NCBI GenBank assembly: GCA_951406725.2
Contig: OX597824.1
Span: 85,870,001 to 85,934,000 of the forward strand
Length of the DNA: 64,000 nt
Direction of reading: 5' to 3'
Origin: Octopus vulgaris
Taxonomy: Eukaryota
In this document: piece by piece, positions 21,945 to 34,714 of the stretch
Layout of the letters: each line of letters opens with the position of its first letter
How positions within the stretch are numbered: the stretch's first letter is position 1
Position numbers and translations under genes: made by a program
Notes under the pieces: model-generated
Database searches by the model: none
What the model saw: the letters and a program-made list of their open reading frames with translations, nothing else
What the model was told of the DNA's origin: nothing

Positions 21945-22458
21945 ATGTACGTATGTATGTATGTATGTATGTATGTATGTATGTATGTATGTATGTATGT
22001 ATGTATGTATGTAGTGTGTGTATGTATGTACGTATGTATGTATGTATGTATGTATGTATGTATGCATTATGTAGTGTGTGTATGTATGTATGTATGTATG
22101 TATGTATGTATGTATGTATGTATGTATGTATGTATGTATGTATGTAGTGTGTGTATGTATGTATGTATGTATGTATGTATGTATGTATGTATGTGTGTGT
22201 ATGCATGTATGTATGTATGTGTGTGTATGCGTGTATGTATGTATGTATGTAAGTATGCATGTATGTATGTATGTGTATGCGTGTATGTATGTATGTATGT
22301 ATGTATGTATGTATGTATGTATGTGTATGCATGTATGTATGTATGTATGTGTGTGTGTGTATGTATGTATGTATGTATGTATGTATGTATGCACGTATGT
22401 TTGTATGTATGTATGTATGTATGTATGTATGTATGTATGTATGTTTGTATGTATGCAT
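21945..22458. repeat. Compound (ATGT)n microsatellite
   Basis: Direct reading. Confidence 0.95.
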
Positions 22459-22640
22459 GTTGCTTGAATGGCGGATGAACGCACACCCAAGCTATTTTAC
22501 GGCGAGCTTACAGAGGGGAAATGCCATCGGTGTAAACCTGAAAATGAGGTTTGAGGACAGCATAAGGACTACCATGAAGTCACTTGGAATGGGTCCAAAG
22601 TCAATAGAAACCCTTGCTTCGGATCGAGCTGGATGGTGAA
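22459..22640 (+). mobile_element. RTE-clade LINE ORF fragment
   Basis: Frameshifted ...FYGELTEGK.HR.KPKMRFEDSIRTTMKSLGMGPKSIETLASDRAGW, typical of the RTE post-RT region. Confidence 0.7.
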
Positions 22641-22720
22641 CAAAATTGTTATCTATGCCTTGTGAGTGAATCTGATAGACGGAGAATGTGTGGAATCCCA
22701 TCATTGTTATATATAACATA

Positions 22721-23118
22721 TCTTTATATATAAAAGTAAGGTTGTGTGCTGTCTGTCTCCTACGATTTAGATTCCTAACTACTCCCACATTTTGCGGTGC
22801 AGTTTAACCAAAACCGGGTATCTTATAGTCGTGATTCATATCGAGCCCTTCTGGGTATTAGCGCGCGTCTACGATGAGTCTACGATTTTAAAAAATTTAC
22901 CATCATTTTTTTCCATTTTAATGCATTTTTTCGCTATTATATAAGGGAAGTAACTCTCTAAAAATGTCTACGATGAGTCAACGATTTAAAAAAAAAATTA
23001 CCATCATTTTTTTCATTTTTAATGCATTTTTTTTGCTATTTTTTGGCTATAACTCTCTAAAAATGCTTATATAGTTATTTCCCTTACAAACCCGAGCAAC
23101 GCCGGGCGATACTGCTAG
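22721..23118 (+). mobile_element. Non-autonomous Helitron, subfamily 1
   Basis: A|TCTTTATATATAAAAG ... cccgagcaacgccgggcgatactgCTAG|T; subterminal hairpin, no TSD. Confidence 0.92.
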
Positions 23119-23612
23119 TAACATATATATCATATATATATATAATATATTATATATATATATATAAATTTACATATATTAGCCAGAAAAATCCGCGATG
23201 TACTGAGGGCGCGATAAGTGAACCGCGATATGACGAGTGATTACTGTATTCATTTATTGTTTTGCTTGTTCCAGTCTGAGGCTGCGGCCAATCCTGGACA
23301 GGTAAACCTTACGTAGTCCTTACGGCTAAACAGCACCTTCACCCGCAAAAATGTCAGCGGCTTTTGATTTGTGGTTTCGGAGGAGGCGATATGATATATC
23401 AATTACTTTTTGCACAGTACGCTAGTGACGGGGCGGAGGCGGGTGGCTGGGCGGGTGGCTATGGTGAGAAGAGATAAAGGATGGAGGGAACAATTTATTA
23501 GGTAAAATGATAACGTGCTTCTGTTGGTTTTGTTGTTGTTTCATCTCAAATCAGCTCTCATAGATTTATGATTAAAGCTACTACTACCAACTATGATCAT
23601 TTGTTGTTGTTG

Positions 23613-23643
<31 letters not shown>

Positions 23644-23949
23644 TGCCGCTGCTGCACATTGTCTTCCCTGATGGAGCGGACCTGCGATCAAAATCATTCT
23701 AACGATGATCATTCTCTTTTTCCGTCGCCGCCGCCGCTGCTGCTGTTACTATTTAGCTCCAGTTCGGCCGCCGCCCCCTCCTCCTCCTCCTCCCCTTTCT
23801 TCTTCTTCTTCTTCTTCTTCTTCTTCTTCTTCTTCTTCTTCTTCTTCTTCTTCTCCTCCTCCTCCTCCTCCTCCTCCTCCTCCTTCTTCTATAGCCTCAG
23901 GTCAGTCCCAGCAGAGCAACCCTATGATCCAAAATCCATTTCAACGATA

Positions 23950-24177
23950 ACCTACTTCTTTACTGCCCACAAGGGGCTAAACATAGAAGGGACAAACAAG
24001 GACAGACAAATGGATTAAGTCGATTATATCGACCCCAGTGCGTAACTGGTACTTAATTTATCGACCCCGAAAGGATGAAAGGCAAAGTCGACCTCGGCGG
24101 AATTTGAACTCACAAAGTAACGACAGACGAAATACGGCTACGCATTTCGCCCGGCGTGCTAACATTTCTGCCAGCTC
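23950..24177 (-). mobile_element. SINE family B
   Basis: Matches the family B consensus. Confidence 0.9.
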
Positions 24178-24454
24178 AACCACCACCCTGTCTTTCTTAC
24201 CGTTGTTACTGTTGTCGAACTCCAGACACACACTGATAAAATACACCAAAGATCAAAGACCTTTCAGCCATGATCATCCCGACTTTTTTTTTTTATAAAT
24301 GCATGGACTTAGATTATCAAGTGTGTTCTTCCCTTTTCCGATCCGGTAGACCTTAATTAGATCAGCAGTTCTCAACCGGGGTCCAATACGGTCCTCGAGG
24401 GTCCATATAAGATTTTGTTTCCAAAATTCATCTCCTTTAAATGGCTGATATGCT

Positions 24455-24700
24455 CTCTTTTACTCTTTTACTTGTTTCAGTCCATTTGACTGTGGCCATG
24501 TTGAAGCACCGCCTTTAGTCGAGCAAATCGATCCCAGGACTTATTCTTTGTAAGCCTAGTACTTATTCTATCAGTCTTCCTTGCCGAACCACCAAGTTAC
24601 GGGGACATAAACACACCAACACCGGTTGTCAAGCGATTGTGGGGTGGATAGGGACAAATACAGACACAAAGACACACTCATAAATGTATATATATATATA
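24455..24700 (-). mobile_element. SINE family A, 3' half
   Basis: Tail and right body only; interrupted at its microsatellite. Confidence 0.85.
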
Positions 24701-24707
24701 TATATAA

Positions 24708-25055
24708 ATGGTGGTTGTCTACTCCTTATGCAGAGCTTGAACACCCTCTATACCTACACCTTAGAATCATCATGGCATTTGATGCGGCTTTTTAAACCAG
24801 ATAATGTTTTGAAAAGACACCCACGTAGATTGCATATCTGATTTGGACCACCAAGAGCTGCAGATAAGTTCTGCTCTTTGTGGATCTTAAAATGTCTTTT
24901 GAGGCCTCCGTTGGATTTGCAAACCTTCTGGCATACACTGCATTCAAAGGTGTGCACAGACATATAGGCAGAATAGTTGGTAGAGGTTCGTTTTCCATGC
25001 GTTCGCAGATGAGATTTGAGGCCAGCAAAAGACAGGCATGGTCTGTCAGTCTGGC
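24708..25055 (-). mobile_element. RTE-like LINE 3' end with C-terminal C2H2 zinc fingers
   Basis: RPCLSFAGLKSHLRTH; FECSVCQKVCKSNGGLKRHFKIH; ICNLRGCLFKTLSGLKSRIKCH, then a stop and short UTR; bounded by microsatellites. Confidence 0.65.
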
Positions 25056-25084
25056 ATACATACATACATACATACATACATACA

Positions 25085-25116
<32 letters not shown>

Positions 25117-25159
25117 CATACATACATACATACATACATACATACATAGTGCGGTTATT

Positions 25160-25520
25160 ATACTGTCGTGTAAATTACGTAAAAATGAAAATAACTCCGA
25201 CATCTTGAAATACTAAACAGTATACTAAAATATCTTGAAATACTAAACAGTATATTTATTCAATAAAATCGCCATTGGCTTCAACCACGGTCTCTAGACG
25301 ACTTCAGAATCTCCCTCAACGCTTCTGGACGATCCCTTTGTTTAAGTTGATGAATGCAGCCGTAATCCTTGCCTTCAGTTCATCTTTGGTGTTACAAGGA
25401 GTTTTGTTGATCTCTCGCTCAACTGCACCCTCTTGACCCAGCACTACCTCCTCCAGCACTACTTGATATAGGACTCCGTGTTGAGTGTAAGGCCGTGTGG
25501 GAAAATGAAACTAGTGATCA
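25160..25520 (-). mobile_element. Tc1/mariner (maT-like) transposase relic
   Basis: Reverse complement gives FIFPHGLTLNTESYIK...EEVVL and GAVEREINKTPCNTKDELKARITAAF...SRLETVVEANGDFIE*. Confidence 0.72.
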
Positions 25521-26059
25521 CTAACAGGTCGATTAAACGTGGGGTGGAGTTTGCTCTTCAAACTCCATACGTAGCAAGCCAACTTTGTCGATGTGTCGGA
25601 AAGAATATAAATGATTTGCATAACGTGTTTTGAAATCGCTCACAGATAACCCGATGTAATTCACATGGGGTTTGGAAGACCAATAACATAACTACCACCA
25701 GATTAAAAATATGTAAATGAAAACAACAGTTTAGGCTACCCCTAACTATTAAGCTACGCGTCTTCACTTGTAGATAATACCATTGTTGCTGTCTCTTTGC
25801 AGAGTCGTTAGAGCATCGAGGGGAAATGCATTGCGTTTTTTTTAGTTATGGGTTTTTACATTCTGACTTCTAATGCCGCCGAGGTCAACTTTCATCCCAC
25901 CGCAATTGGTAAAATAAAGTACCTGTCAAGTACTGGATTCGATGGTGTCTATTCACCTCTCCACTTAAAACTGCTTGTCAAGTGCCTAAATTAGAACCCA
26001 TGGTCTTTACCGTCAATACTTTTTAGTTCCGGATCAGCCCTAGTCAAGTAGATATATGA

Positions 26060-26095
26060 AACTGTGTAACAAAATTTGTATTTCATTCTATCTGC

Positions 26096-26134
<39 letters not shown>

Positions 26135-27281
26135 CTTATTTATTTACTTATTTATTTATTTATTTTGTCTTTGGTCAGTAAGTATTATTTCCTATTTGCT
26201 TGTCTAGAAATCAAAGGAAATATCTGCTATTCCTTTCAAACTTTGCTTTTGTGACCTGGACATCAGTCTTTTGAAACTGGCCTGTTTTCCATTACATTTC
26301 AGACAGATTCAGCGCTGAGTTGCTGAAGCAGAATTTTCTAGATCTTTCTAGGGAATTTCAAGAACTTTCGAGAAGTTTCTAAAAGTTTTAAGAATGTCTA
26401 GAACAATCTGGCAACATAGATGGCAGTATAAATGCAGGGATTGTAAACTCAACAGTTCAACTTACTTCTGGCTGTCTAAGTGGAGACAAGTCGTCGTTGA
26501 TAGCTGCATTCGTCACAGATGGCATCAAGTGGTTGTAAGCATCCGGCAGATGCACTTTGCTATGTTTATGGGAAATTCATCAAGTCAAGAGCGAAAAAGT
26601 ACTCTCTGGCGGTTCATCCGGGAGCCTCGGTGCCGTGCTGCTTCATAATGGGAACATGTATCCATCTCTGGCTCACTCGGTTTAGCTCAAAGAGGAATAC
26701 AGCAACGTCAAGATCTTGCTAGACGCCATGAAATATGAAAAGAACGGTTGGGGAGTTATCGGAGACTTCAAAATGGTGGTTTTTCTGATGGGTTTTCAAG
26801 GCGGCTTTCCGTGTTATCTTTCCCTTTGGGACAGCAAGGACACCGCGGCACACTACCACAGGCGAAACTGGCCAGAGCGGAACGAATTCAGTGTGGGGAG
26901 AAACAACGTCAAACGGGAGCCACTGTTGGGCCCCCCGGAAAATATTGTTTCTCAACTGCAAATAAAATTGGGCCTTATGAAACAGTTTGTAACGGCTCTA
27001 GATAATAAGTCTGCAATCTTCGAGTACCTTCAAAATTTCTCTCCTAAACTGTCCGAGGCAAAAGTCAAAGCCGATGTCTTCGTCAGACGACAAATAAAGA
27101 AGATCACAGAGTGTAAAGAATTCCCAAAGAAGCTCATTAGGCTGGAGAAAGCAGCGCGGGACAGCTTTGTCTCAGTGGTCCGAGGCTTCCTGGGGCATCA
27201 CGAGGCCGAAAACAATGTGGAGCTTGTTGACACCCTGGTAAAGAACTACGGCAAAATGGGCTGCAGGATGTCTCTCAAAGT

Positions 27282-27284
<3 letters not shown>
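26060..27284 (+). mobile_element. Chapaev3-like (CMC superfamily) transposase pseudogene, truncated by (TA)n
   Basis: HNGNMYPS...GDFKMVVFLMGFQGG.PCYLSLWDS...QIKLGLMKQFV...FLGHHEAEN...GCRMSLKVH; N-terminal C.HPADALCYV; 5' end (c)actgtgtaacaa; stops and an internal deletion. Confidence 0.85.
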
Positions 27285-27330
<46 letters not shown>

Positions 27331-27357
27331 CTCACTTGAATCTTAATTGTTTTACTG

Positions 27358-27411
<54 letters not shown>

Positions 27412-27946
27412 TATATATAAATACATCTATATGTATATATGGGTGTATGTGTGTGAAATTTTGAATTTAGATAGTTCACGGATCCCAGTACTACCTTCGC
27501 GAACCACCAGGGTTCCGCGGACCACAGGCTGACAGTCACTGTACTAAGCAATCAGACACGTTTGATTGATGTTCAAGCAGAGTTATCTTCAAATATGTCA
27601 GTCTAAGTGCAGAATTTTCATCGATCAATCACTGACTGAGTCTGCATCAGGTTGTTGTCATCAGTGTGAAAATAATTGAAACTAAATAAAATTAGTTATT
27701 ACGTATAGAAATACGTAATTAGTAATACATAATGAGAAGGATAAATAAATATCACAGACGTACATGAACAGTGAAACGTTACTACAAAATACCTGTTTGG
27801 TTGTAGAAATAAACCGTTTTAAATCATGTACAATTCACACCACTAAATTAGTGCTAAATCTTGGTACAATTTTTTTTTTCCTTTCAGAGTTTTAGCTTTG
27901 CCCCGTGTATAAATTGCTCCGCCAACTCAGTATTTTTCGGTTAAAA

Positions 27947-28339
27947 TCTTTATATATAAAAGTGAAGTTGTGTGTCTGTCTCCTACGATTTAGATTCCTA
28001 ACTACTCCCACATTTTGCGGTGCAGTTTAACCAAAACCGGGTATCTTATAGTCGTGATTCATATCGAGCCCTTCTGGGTATTAGCGCGCGTCTACGATGA
28101 GTCTACGATTTAAAAAAAAATTTACCATCAATTTTTCCCATTTTTAATGCATTTTTGGCATATATAAGGGAAGTAACTCTCTAAAAATGTATTATTAAAT
28201 CTCAGAACGTAAAAAGCTACAGTAACACCCCCCCCTTGTGGTTAGCCATATTGAGATGGCTATTATACTTTACATCTCTAAAAATGCTTATATAGTTATT
28301 TCCCTTACAAACCCGAGCAACGCCGGGCGATACTGCAAG
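27947..28339 (+). mobile_element. Non-autonomous Helitron, subfamily 1
   Basis: TC start and the same body as 22721; ends ...gatactgCAAG|T (mutated CTAG). Confidence 0.88.
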
Positions 28340-29911
28340 TCAAGTATAAGAATTGTTCGACGTATTTAGGAATAAATACTTCAGTTCGTGAACCGTATAT
28401 ATTCGCGGATATGTCGCATTTTAATTCTCCAAAATTTCGATAAAAATCAGGAACTTGACTTATCCACTCGACAGCATAAGGATCTGAAGTAGACGGCGGC
28501 GTATGAGTAGTCCCAGGTGCGTATTCTGGTCCTGGGTTTTTAATGTTTCCAAGTTGTTATAAAAATATTTTTCTGATGACTGTTTACTAGAAAGCGGAAA
28601 CCGGAAGTTTGCGTATTGGCCTTTTGCACAACATCGATTCAGATATTAATTATATTTACGTTTAAAAAAAGGGGCCATGTAACTCCCCAGATTATGGTTT
28701 AACCTATCTGCGTGTCAACTGCAAATACGTACTTCGACAACCCCAAACTAAGGGTGTGACCTATCTACGTTACGAAAGATGTAAGATGGGAAGCGCAATT
28801 CTTAACAAATGAACACATTTTTATGTACTCTAACTTTGTTGTAGCAGACCGTATGTATATGAAACGGTAATGCTGTGAAATTGCTGGAAATAGACCGTGG
28901 TCCCGATATTTTTGGTATCGAATCGGCTAGAAAAGGGTGTTGCCCGGGAGAGTAGGGCAACACCCCTACGTCCGCCACTGGGTTTGGTATCAACTCTGTC
29001 AACTCGCAGCCTTTTTCAGTTTGAGGCAAGACCAGCACCTAAGAAGTAGGAAAACACTCCTCAATTGAAGATGATCTCACTCAGCGGGAATAAAACACAG
29101 GCATACCAAATATGGCATACATCAAGAACAATTTTAGTTCTATCAAAAAACATAATATTCAAATTTCCACATTATCTAGTCATGACCTAATTATAAATTC
29201 AAAATGACTGACAAGGCAAACACACCCTTATTTTAGGTCAATTTTTCTACCAAACTATCAAAGGTAATATGCTCTAACTTGGAATACCAACAGATTAGGG
29301 TACATACTAGATACTGAATCGAAGACATTGATGAAGTTAGCCTAGATTTCGTTGTGGGGTCGCTCATAGCCATTAACAGCAGTTCAAGCGTTTTTGACCC
29401 CTGGGTAGTAGCATTCAAGTGTCTCTGGAAGATGAACAAATGAAGTGTGTCTAATCACGTGAGAACAGCATCTAGACAAGTATCAAAGTGATACACATGC
29501 ACAATTTCAGCCTATTACATCAATTATTCTCGGAGACATCGTGACCTGAAGATTGCTCCTCATAGCCAGAAATGTCATTTTGAGAAAAACGCAAAAAAAA
29601 AAAAAAAACACTAGAAATGGTTGAGATTACAACAACGTCCAACTACACAAGGATAATATCCACATTTTAGTTAAATATTTGCTGTTTTGCACAGTCTAAT
29701 AACGCCCCGAGGCATATCATTTGCTATTTTTCTGAGATTTTGCTATCTGAAATCTGAGGTATTAGTCTTGTCTTAAATGATAATACCAGCTGTTGAATAC
29801 GTTCATTGACTTCAGTCTGAATTTGACTGGCATCTATCAATCTTAGAAGGATGGTTAGGCTACATTAATCCGTAAAGATTATAGTGCCGGTTTACCGGTT
29901 TCTCCGGAGTA

Positions 29912-30275
29912 CCGTAAATCCTCGAGTATAATCTTCATTTTTTTTTCCCAAAATTTAAAGGTCAAAATCCCTAGTGCGTACTATATACGAGGTTAAAAAT
30001 GAAAAATTATTTTCTAAGCAATGTCCGAGTCTCTATTTGCTGTCCGGCAATGTTTATTCAGACGCATTTTGTGATGACGGGCGCGAAAATACCTTTAAGC
30101 TAAGCCTGAAAGCAATGAAGTCATAAAAGAATCATCCATAACTTGCAATAAGCAACATTTATTAAACGTTATTACTGTTATTTCTTTATTTTCTGCAAAC
30201 AAAATGCACAAAAAAAGCTACACCTTTGCATTATGTTATATATACAATAATAATAAAGGACGTTGCCGTATACAT
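29912..30275 (+). mobile_element. Tc2/pogo-like non-autonomous element, left part
   Basis: TA|ccgtaaatcctcgagtataatc; first ~190 bp match 41494-41680; right TIR not found. Confidence 0.65.
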
Positions 30276-30727
30276 AATTACAATGCAATTATAATATACT
30301 ACGAAGTATATTAAACGCTTTTATAAGTCAACGTCGTGTTCTACTGTGTTAGCAGTGCGATTTACATCACTTGTTACGATTATCTCCACACTTGTTTAGA
30401 AATTATAGCTAGCACTGATTTGTGTTACGAAGTTTCATATTCGAGAAACGTAACAAATATCAGTACTGATTACAATTTCTATAGAATAATTTGTAGAGAT
30501 ATCCTTAAGTAATTTTCAGAATAGTTATCACTCACTACCTTATGGTGGATAAACGGAGCAAGGAACTGAAAGGTTGTTTCCTTCTACGAAAGGAGAATTT
30601 TGTCCCCTGCCCCAATTCGGTACCCTTTTCTGGTGAATATATACTATTACACCTGTCCCACGAGAGACCCGTTTTACGTGACAGATGCTATAGTAAAAAT
30701 TTACCATAATTTGTTCTCTTTATTCAC

Positions 30728-30777
<50 letters not shown>

Positions 30778-31177
30778 CTAGCAGTATCGCCCGGCGTTGC
30801 TCGGACTTGTTTTCTTTTCGACCCATTACAATTGGAATTTTTGAAAAGTAAATATTTTGCATTATGTAGCTTGTTATTCTCTTTAAGTGAACATTTTTCT
30901 GATTGAAATACACCGAAAAATGGCGACACAGCAGTCAAAAAAATCGTAAAAAAAAAGGGATTTTCATAGAAAAAAAGCACCTTTTTGAGGTAAATAATTT
31001 TTGGTGTTAACATGGTCCGATTTGAATTTTATCTTCTACGGAAGGAAGATCAAGCCTTCTTCTATCATACTCTCAATTTTGGTCAACTTGCGCTGTAGGG
31101 TCTCGTAGGAGATAGTGTTAGTTGAAGGCTACCAAACCTGCCATACACAGACAACTTCAGCTTTATATATAGAGAGA
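30778..31177 (-). mobile_element. Non-autonomous Helitron, subfamily 2
   Basis: Minus strand runs TCTCTCTATATATAAAG...ccgagcaacgccgggcgatactgCTAG; body matches 41958-42357. Confidence 0.88.
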
Positions 31178-31939
31178 TTTGTTCATTTACGTATGCATAG
31201 ACATATTTTGTAACCTTGAAGACATGGGCTCTACTTAGAGAAGCAAATCTTAGAGATAAATCTTATTTCATATCCAACGTTTAAGTAAAGCTACCGTGAC
31301 GTCAGCGATTTCTTTGAAATAGTAGTAGGAGAAGAGGAGGAGAGTAGACGTAGTGTTTTAACAATAGATGTTAGAATGAACGAGGTAGATAAATGATACT
31401 GAAGAAGCAACGGAACCACAACAGAATCAATGTTTTAATAGGAAAGCAATTCGAGTGGAAAATATTAGAGAGTGGATTGAAGAGGGAGTGAACGGAATGG
31501 AGATTGGTGGGAGGTAGGTAAAGATTAGAAGAGCTGAGAAAAAGAAGGGGAGGGGGCGAGAGAAGGAGAGGGATGCGGATGGTGAGAAAGAGAGGAAAAG
31601 ACATTGAGAGAGAGTGAGTGAGTGAAAGAGAGAGAGAGAGAAAGAAAGAGATGAAGGCAACGAAAGGGAGGGGGCGGGTGAGAGAGGGGATGCAGAGATG
31701 AAGAGAACGAGAGGCATGGGAAAGGAAGCAAAGAGAACAAAAGAGAGGCGGGGGGGGGTTAGAGAAAGAGAAAGTGAATATGAGTAGGGAAAGGAGAAAG
31801 AGGAGAAGAGAAGATATTGACAGTTGGAAGTAAAGAGAGAGAAAAAAGGAAAGAGAGAAAAAAAGAAAGAGTAAGGGATGAATTAAGAGCTCGGATTAAA
31901 TGGAGAGATTTTGTGTGTGTGTGTGTGCGAGCGTGCTTC

Positions 31940-32429
31940 GCCAGTCGCTACGGTCTGAGTTCAAATTCCGCCGAGGTCGACTTCACCTTTCATCCTTTCG
32001 GAGGTCGATAAATTAAGTACCAATGAAATTCTGGGGTCGATGTAAGCGACTAGTCCCCTCCCCCAAAGTGTCAGGCCTTGTGCCTGTATTAGTAAAGACT
32101 ATCAATCGACAAGTTTGATGAGAACCAATGCGCAAAACTAAATCCTGGAGTCAGTCTGTAATTTCTGCCGATTAATAATGATAATAATCGTTATCATCGT
32201 TATTAATCGGCAGAAATTACAGACCTACTCCAGGATTTAGTTGAGGAGGGGTTAAGTCGATTACACTGACCCCCCAATACTCAACTGGTACTTAATTTAT
32301 CGACCCCGAATGGATGAAAGACAAAGTCGACCTCGGCGGAATTTGAACTCAGAACATAGCGACGAGCGAAATATCGCTGAGCATTTCACCTGGCGTGCTA
32401 ACGATTCTGCCATTTCGCCGCCTTAATTA

Positions 32430-32478
<49 letters not shown>

Positions 32479-32702
32479 TAATAATTAAAAAAATAATAAT
32501 GGTTTCAAATTTTGCCACAAGGGCAGCAATTTTCAGGTAGGGGATGAATCGATTATATCAACCCCAGGGTTTGACTGGCACTTAATTTATCGACTCCCGA
32601 AAGGATGAAATACAAAGTCGACCAGGCGGAATTTGAACTCAGAACATAGCAACGAGCGAAATGTCGCTAAGCATTTCGCCCGGCGTGCTGCCAACTCGCC
32701 GC
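31940..32702. mobile_element. Cluster of three SINE family B copies (31940-32097 +, 32245-32424 -, 32500-32702 -) around a palindrome
   Basis: Meta-like cores in opposing orientations. Confidence 0.82.
32136..32242. repeat. Near-perfect 107-bp palindrome
   Basis: aactaaatcctggagtcagtctgtaatttctgccgattaataa ... ttattaatcggcagaaattacagacctactccaggatttagtt. Confidence 0.9.
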
Positions 32703-32706
32703 ATTA

Positions 32707-32799
<93 letters not shown>

Positions 32800-32832
32800 T
32801 GTTTCTACTATATTCACAAGTCCTGAAATTTT

Positions 32833-33190
32833 AGGTTCCGGGTTCACTCCTACTGCGTGGCACCTTGCGCAAGTGTCTTCTACTATAGCTTCGGGCCGAC
32901 CAAAGCCTTGTAAGTGGATTTGGTAGACGGAAACTGAAAGAAGTCCGTCGTAAATATGTATATATATGTATATGTATGTTTGTGTATATATTTGTGTGTC
33001 TGGGTTTGTCACCCCACCATTGCTTGACAACCGATGCTGGTGTGTTTACGTCCACGTAACTTAGCGATTCGGCGGAAGAGACCGATAGAATAAGTACTAG
33101 GCTTACAAAGAATAAGTCCTGGGGTCGATTTGCTCGACTAAAAGGCGGTGCTCCAGTATGGCCACAGTCAAATGACTGAAACAAGTAAAA
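32833..33190 (+). mobile_element. SINE family A, 5'-truncated
   Basis: Starts at the B-box region; complete tail. Confidence 0.9.
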
Positions 33191-34225
33191 CAGAGTATTA
33201 AAGGTGAAATTTTTAATTTTTAATTTTATTTCAGTTTCATCAAGTTTAGATCCTGTACAAAAAGTATAATTAAAAAATACAACTTGAACCCGAAAGTTCT
33301 CTCTCTCTCTCTCTTTATATACACACACACACATTTGAAGATATATATGGAGATTGTCTTCGTGTTTGTCTTTCACTGTATGGCAACGTGTTATGGTTGG
33401 TTACGTTCCACGTAACTTGATTCAATTAAAAGAAACCGATAGAATAAGTACCTGACTTAAAATTTACCGTAATAATACACGTGAATGGACAATGTTTCGG
33501 TATTAATATATGGCGTCAGTCATGAGTGTGTGTGTGCGCGTGCGCGCGTGTGCAAGTGTGTGTTTGACTGTTCAGCTCTGTCGAGCAGATGAAACACAAT
33601 GTCGTTCGTGATGTCAAAGACTTTTACCGAAAGATTGGCCCATGGATGGATTATTAAAGAGTGGGTCGGACGACAGACAAAACATTAATGGACAACAGCA
33701 AAATATAATTTGCTCTATGTCAAGAAACCATAGTAATTAACAGGTCTTCTCGGGAGAAAATGAATGAAAAAAAACGGTTGGTTTGACAAAGAAACTTATT
33801 TCTGGCAACAGAAAAAAAAAAAATCCCGATAAATTACTTGTTTAAGGTAACAGAGAAATATCTGTTTTGTTAGGAGATGGTTGCCTTCCTGTGGGGTAAA
33901 AATAACGATAAACGTCTCAAAGACCTAATAAAGACCAATAGTTTGTACTGGTTTCATAACAAAGTGGACAAAAGGTCAATCTCTCCACAAACAGAGCAGC
34001 AAAAATAATGCAGAGAGCAAGTAACATTCTCAAACGATCTCAGTGCCGACTGTATTTGAGGACATATAAGACGCAGTTTTTCGGAAGAAAAGAAAACACC
34101 GTGGATCTTGCAGCTGGAAATTAGCCTCTATTACATGTTTTAATGTACATTTCTTATTCTTTTTCTTTTTCCTGAATATGCGCTGCTGAAATTAGAGTGT
34201 GTCTAATATACCCATGCGTCTTTAA

Positions 34226-34524
34226 TCCTTAGAACGGCGGACATCATCAATTGATGTTCCATAAGGGAACAGGCGACATCACCAACTGATGTACATTCGT
34301 ACAATGCGGGTATCTCAAATGAATTTATGCTCATTCCGGATGCAAAGGAAAGTGAATATTTTACGGCACTTCTCGATAATAGATTGTAAATTTTATTGTG
34401 CGGGAGACCAACAATTTTTATATTCTTAAGTGAAAATAAACACAAAAACTCCTCATAACAAAAATAATTTTTTTTTTCATGCTTGGCATCCATATTCATG
34501 CGAACCTTTCCTGCCGTTTAAGGG
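34226..34524. mobile_element. piggyBac-like MITE
   Basis: TTAA on both flanks (34222-34225, 34525-34528); imperfect TIR tccttagaacggcgga / tcctgccgtttaaggg. Confidence 0.6.
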
Positions 34525-34714
34525 TTAATGCCATCAAATACAGTGATTATCAACAACTTGGTCAGCTGAGGCGAAGCAGAATTACGTGACCTCTGAGCAA
34601 GAGACATAATGAAATGCTTGTCGTGAATTCGAAGTTCAAATTTTGTGATGGCTGTCAATCCGGTCTCATATATTCGGCCATTTTTTTTTTTGTTTTTTTA
34701 CCCTCTCCATTCTG

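Noticed and set aside
24364-27543. One large hAT element from cagcagttctcaac (24364) to ...gacagtcactg (about 27541)
   Set aside because: Both ends look hAT-like, but the 8-bp flanks do not match; probably independent fragments.
28953-28981. Hairpin gggtgttgccc/gggcaacaccc (about 28933-28963) and adjacent sequence as a structured ncRNA or terminator
   Set aside because: It adjoins cagtggcggacgtagggg on the minus strand, which looks like a DNA-transposon terminus; an isolated hairpin is insufficient evidence.
29233-29439. hAT dimerisation-domain relic
   Set aside because: Only a vague resemblance; the diagnostic ERxFS motif is absent.
34203-34499. 98-aa ORF as a continuation (kelch exon) of the BTB gene
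   Set aside because: No kelch motifs, and it lies mostly inside the piggyBac-like MITE.
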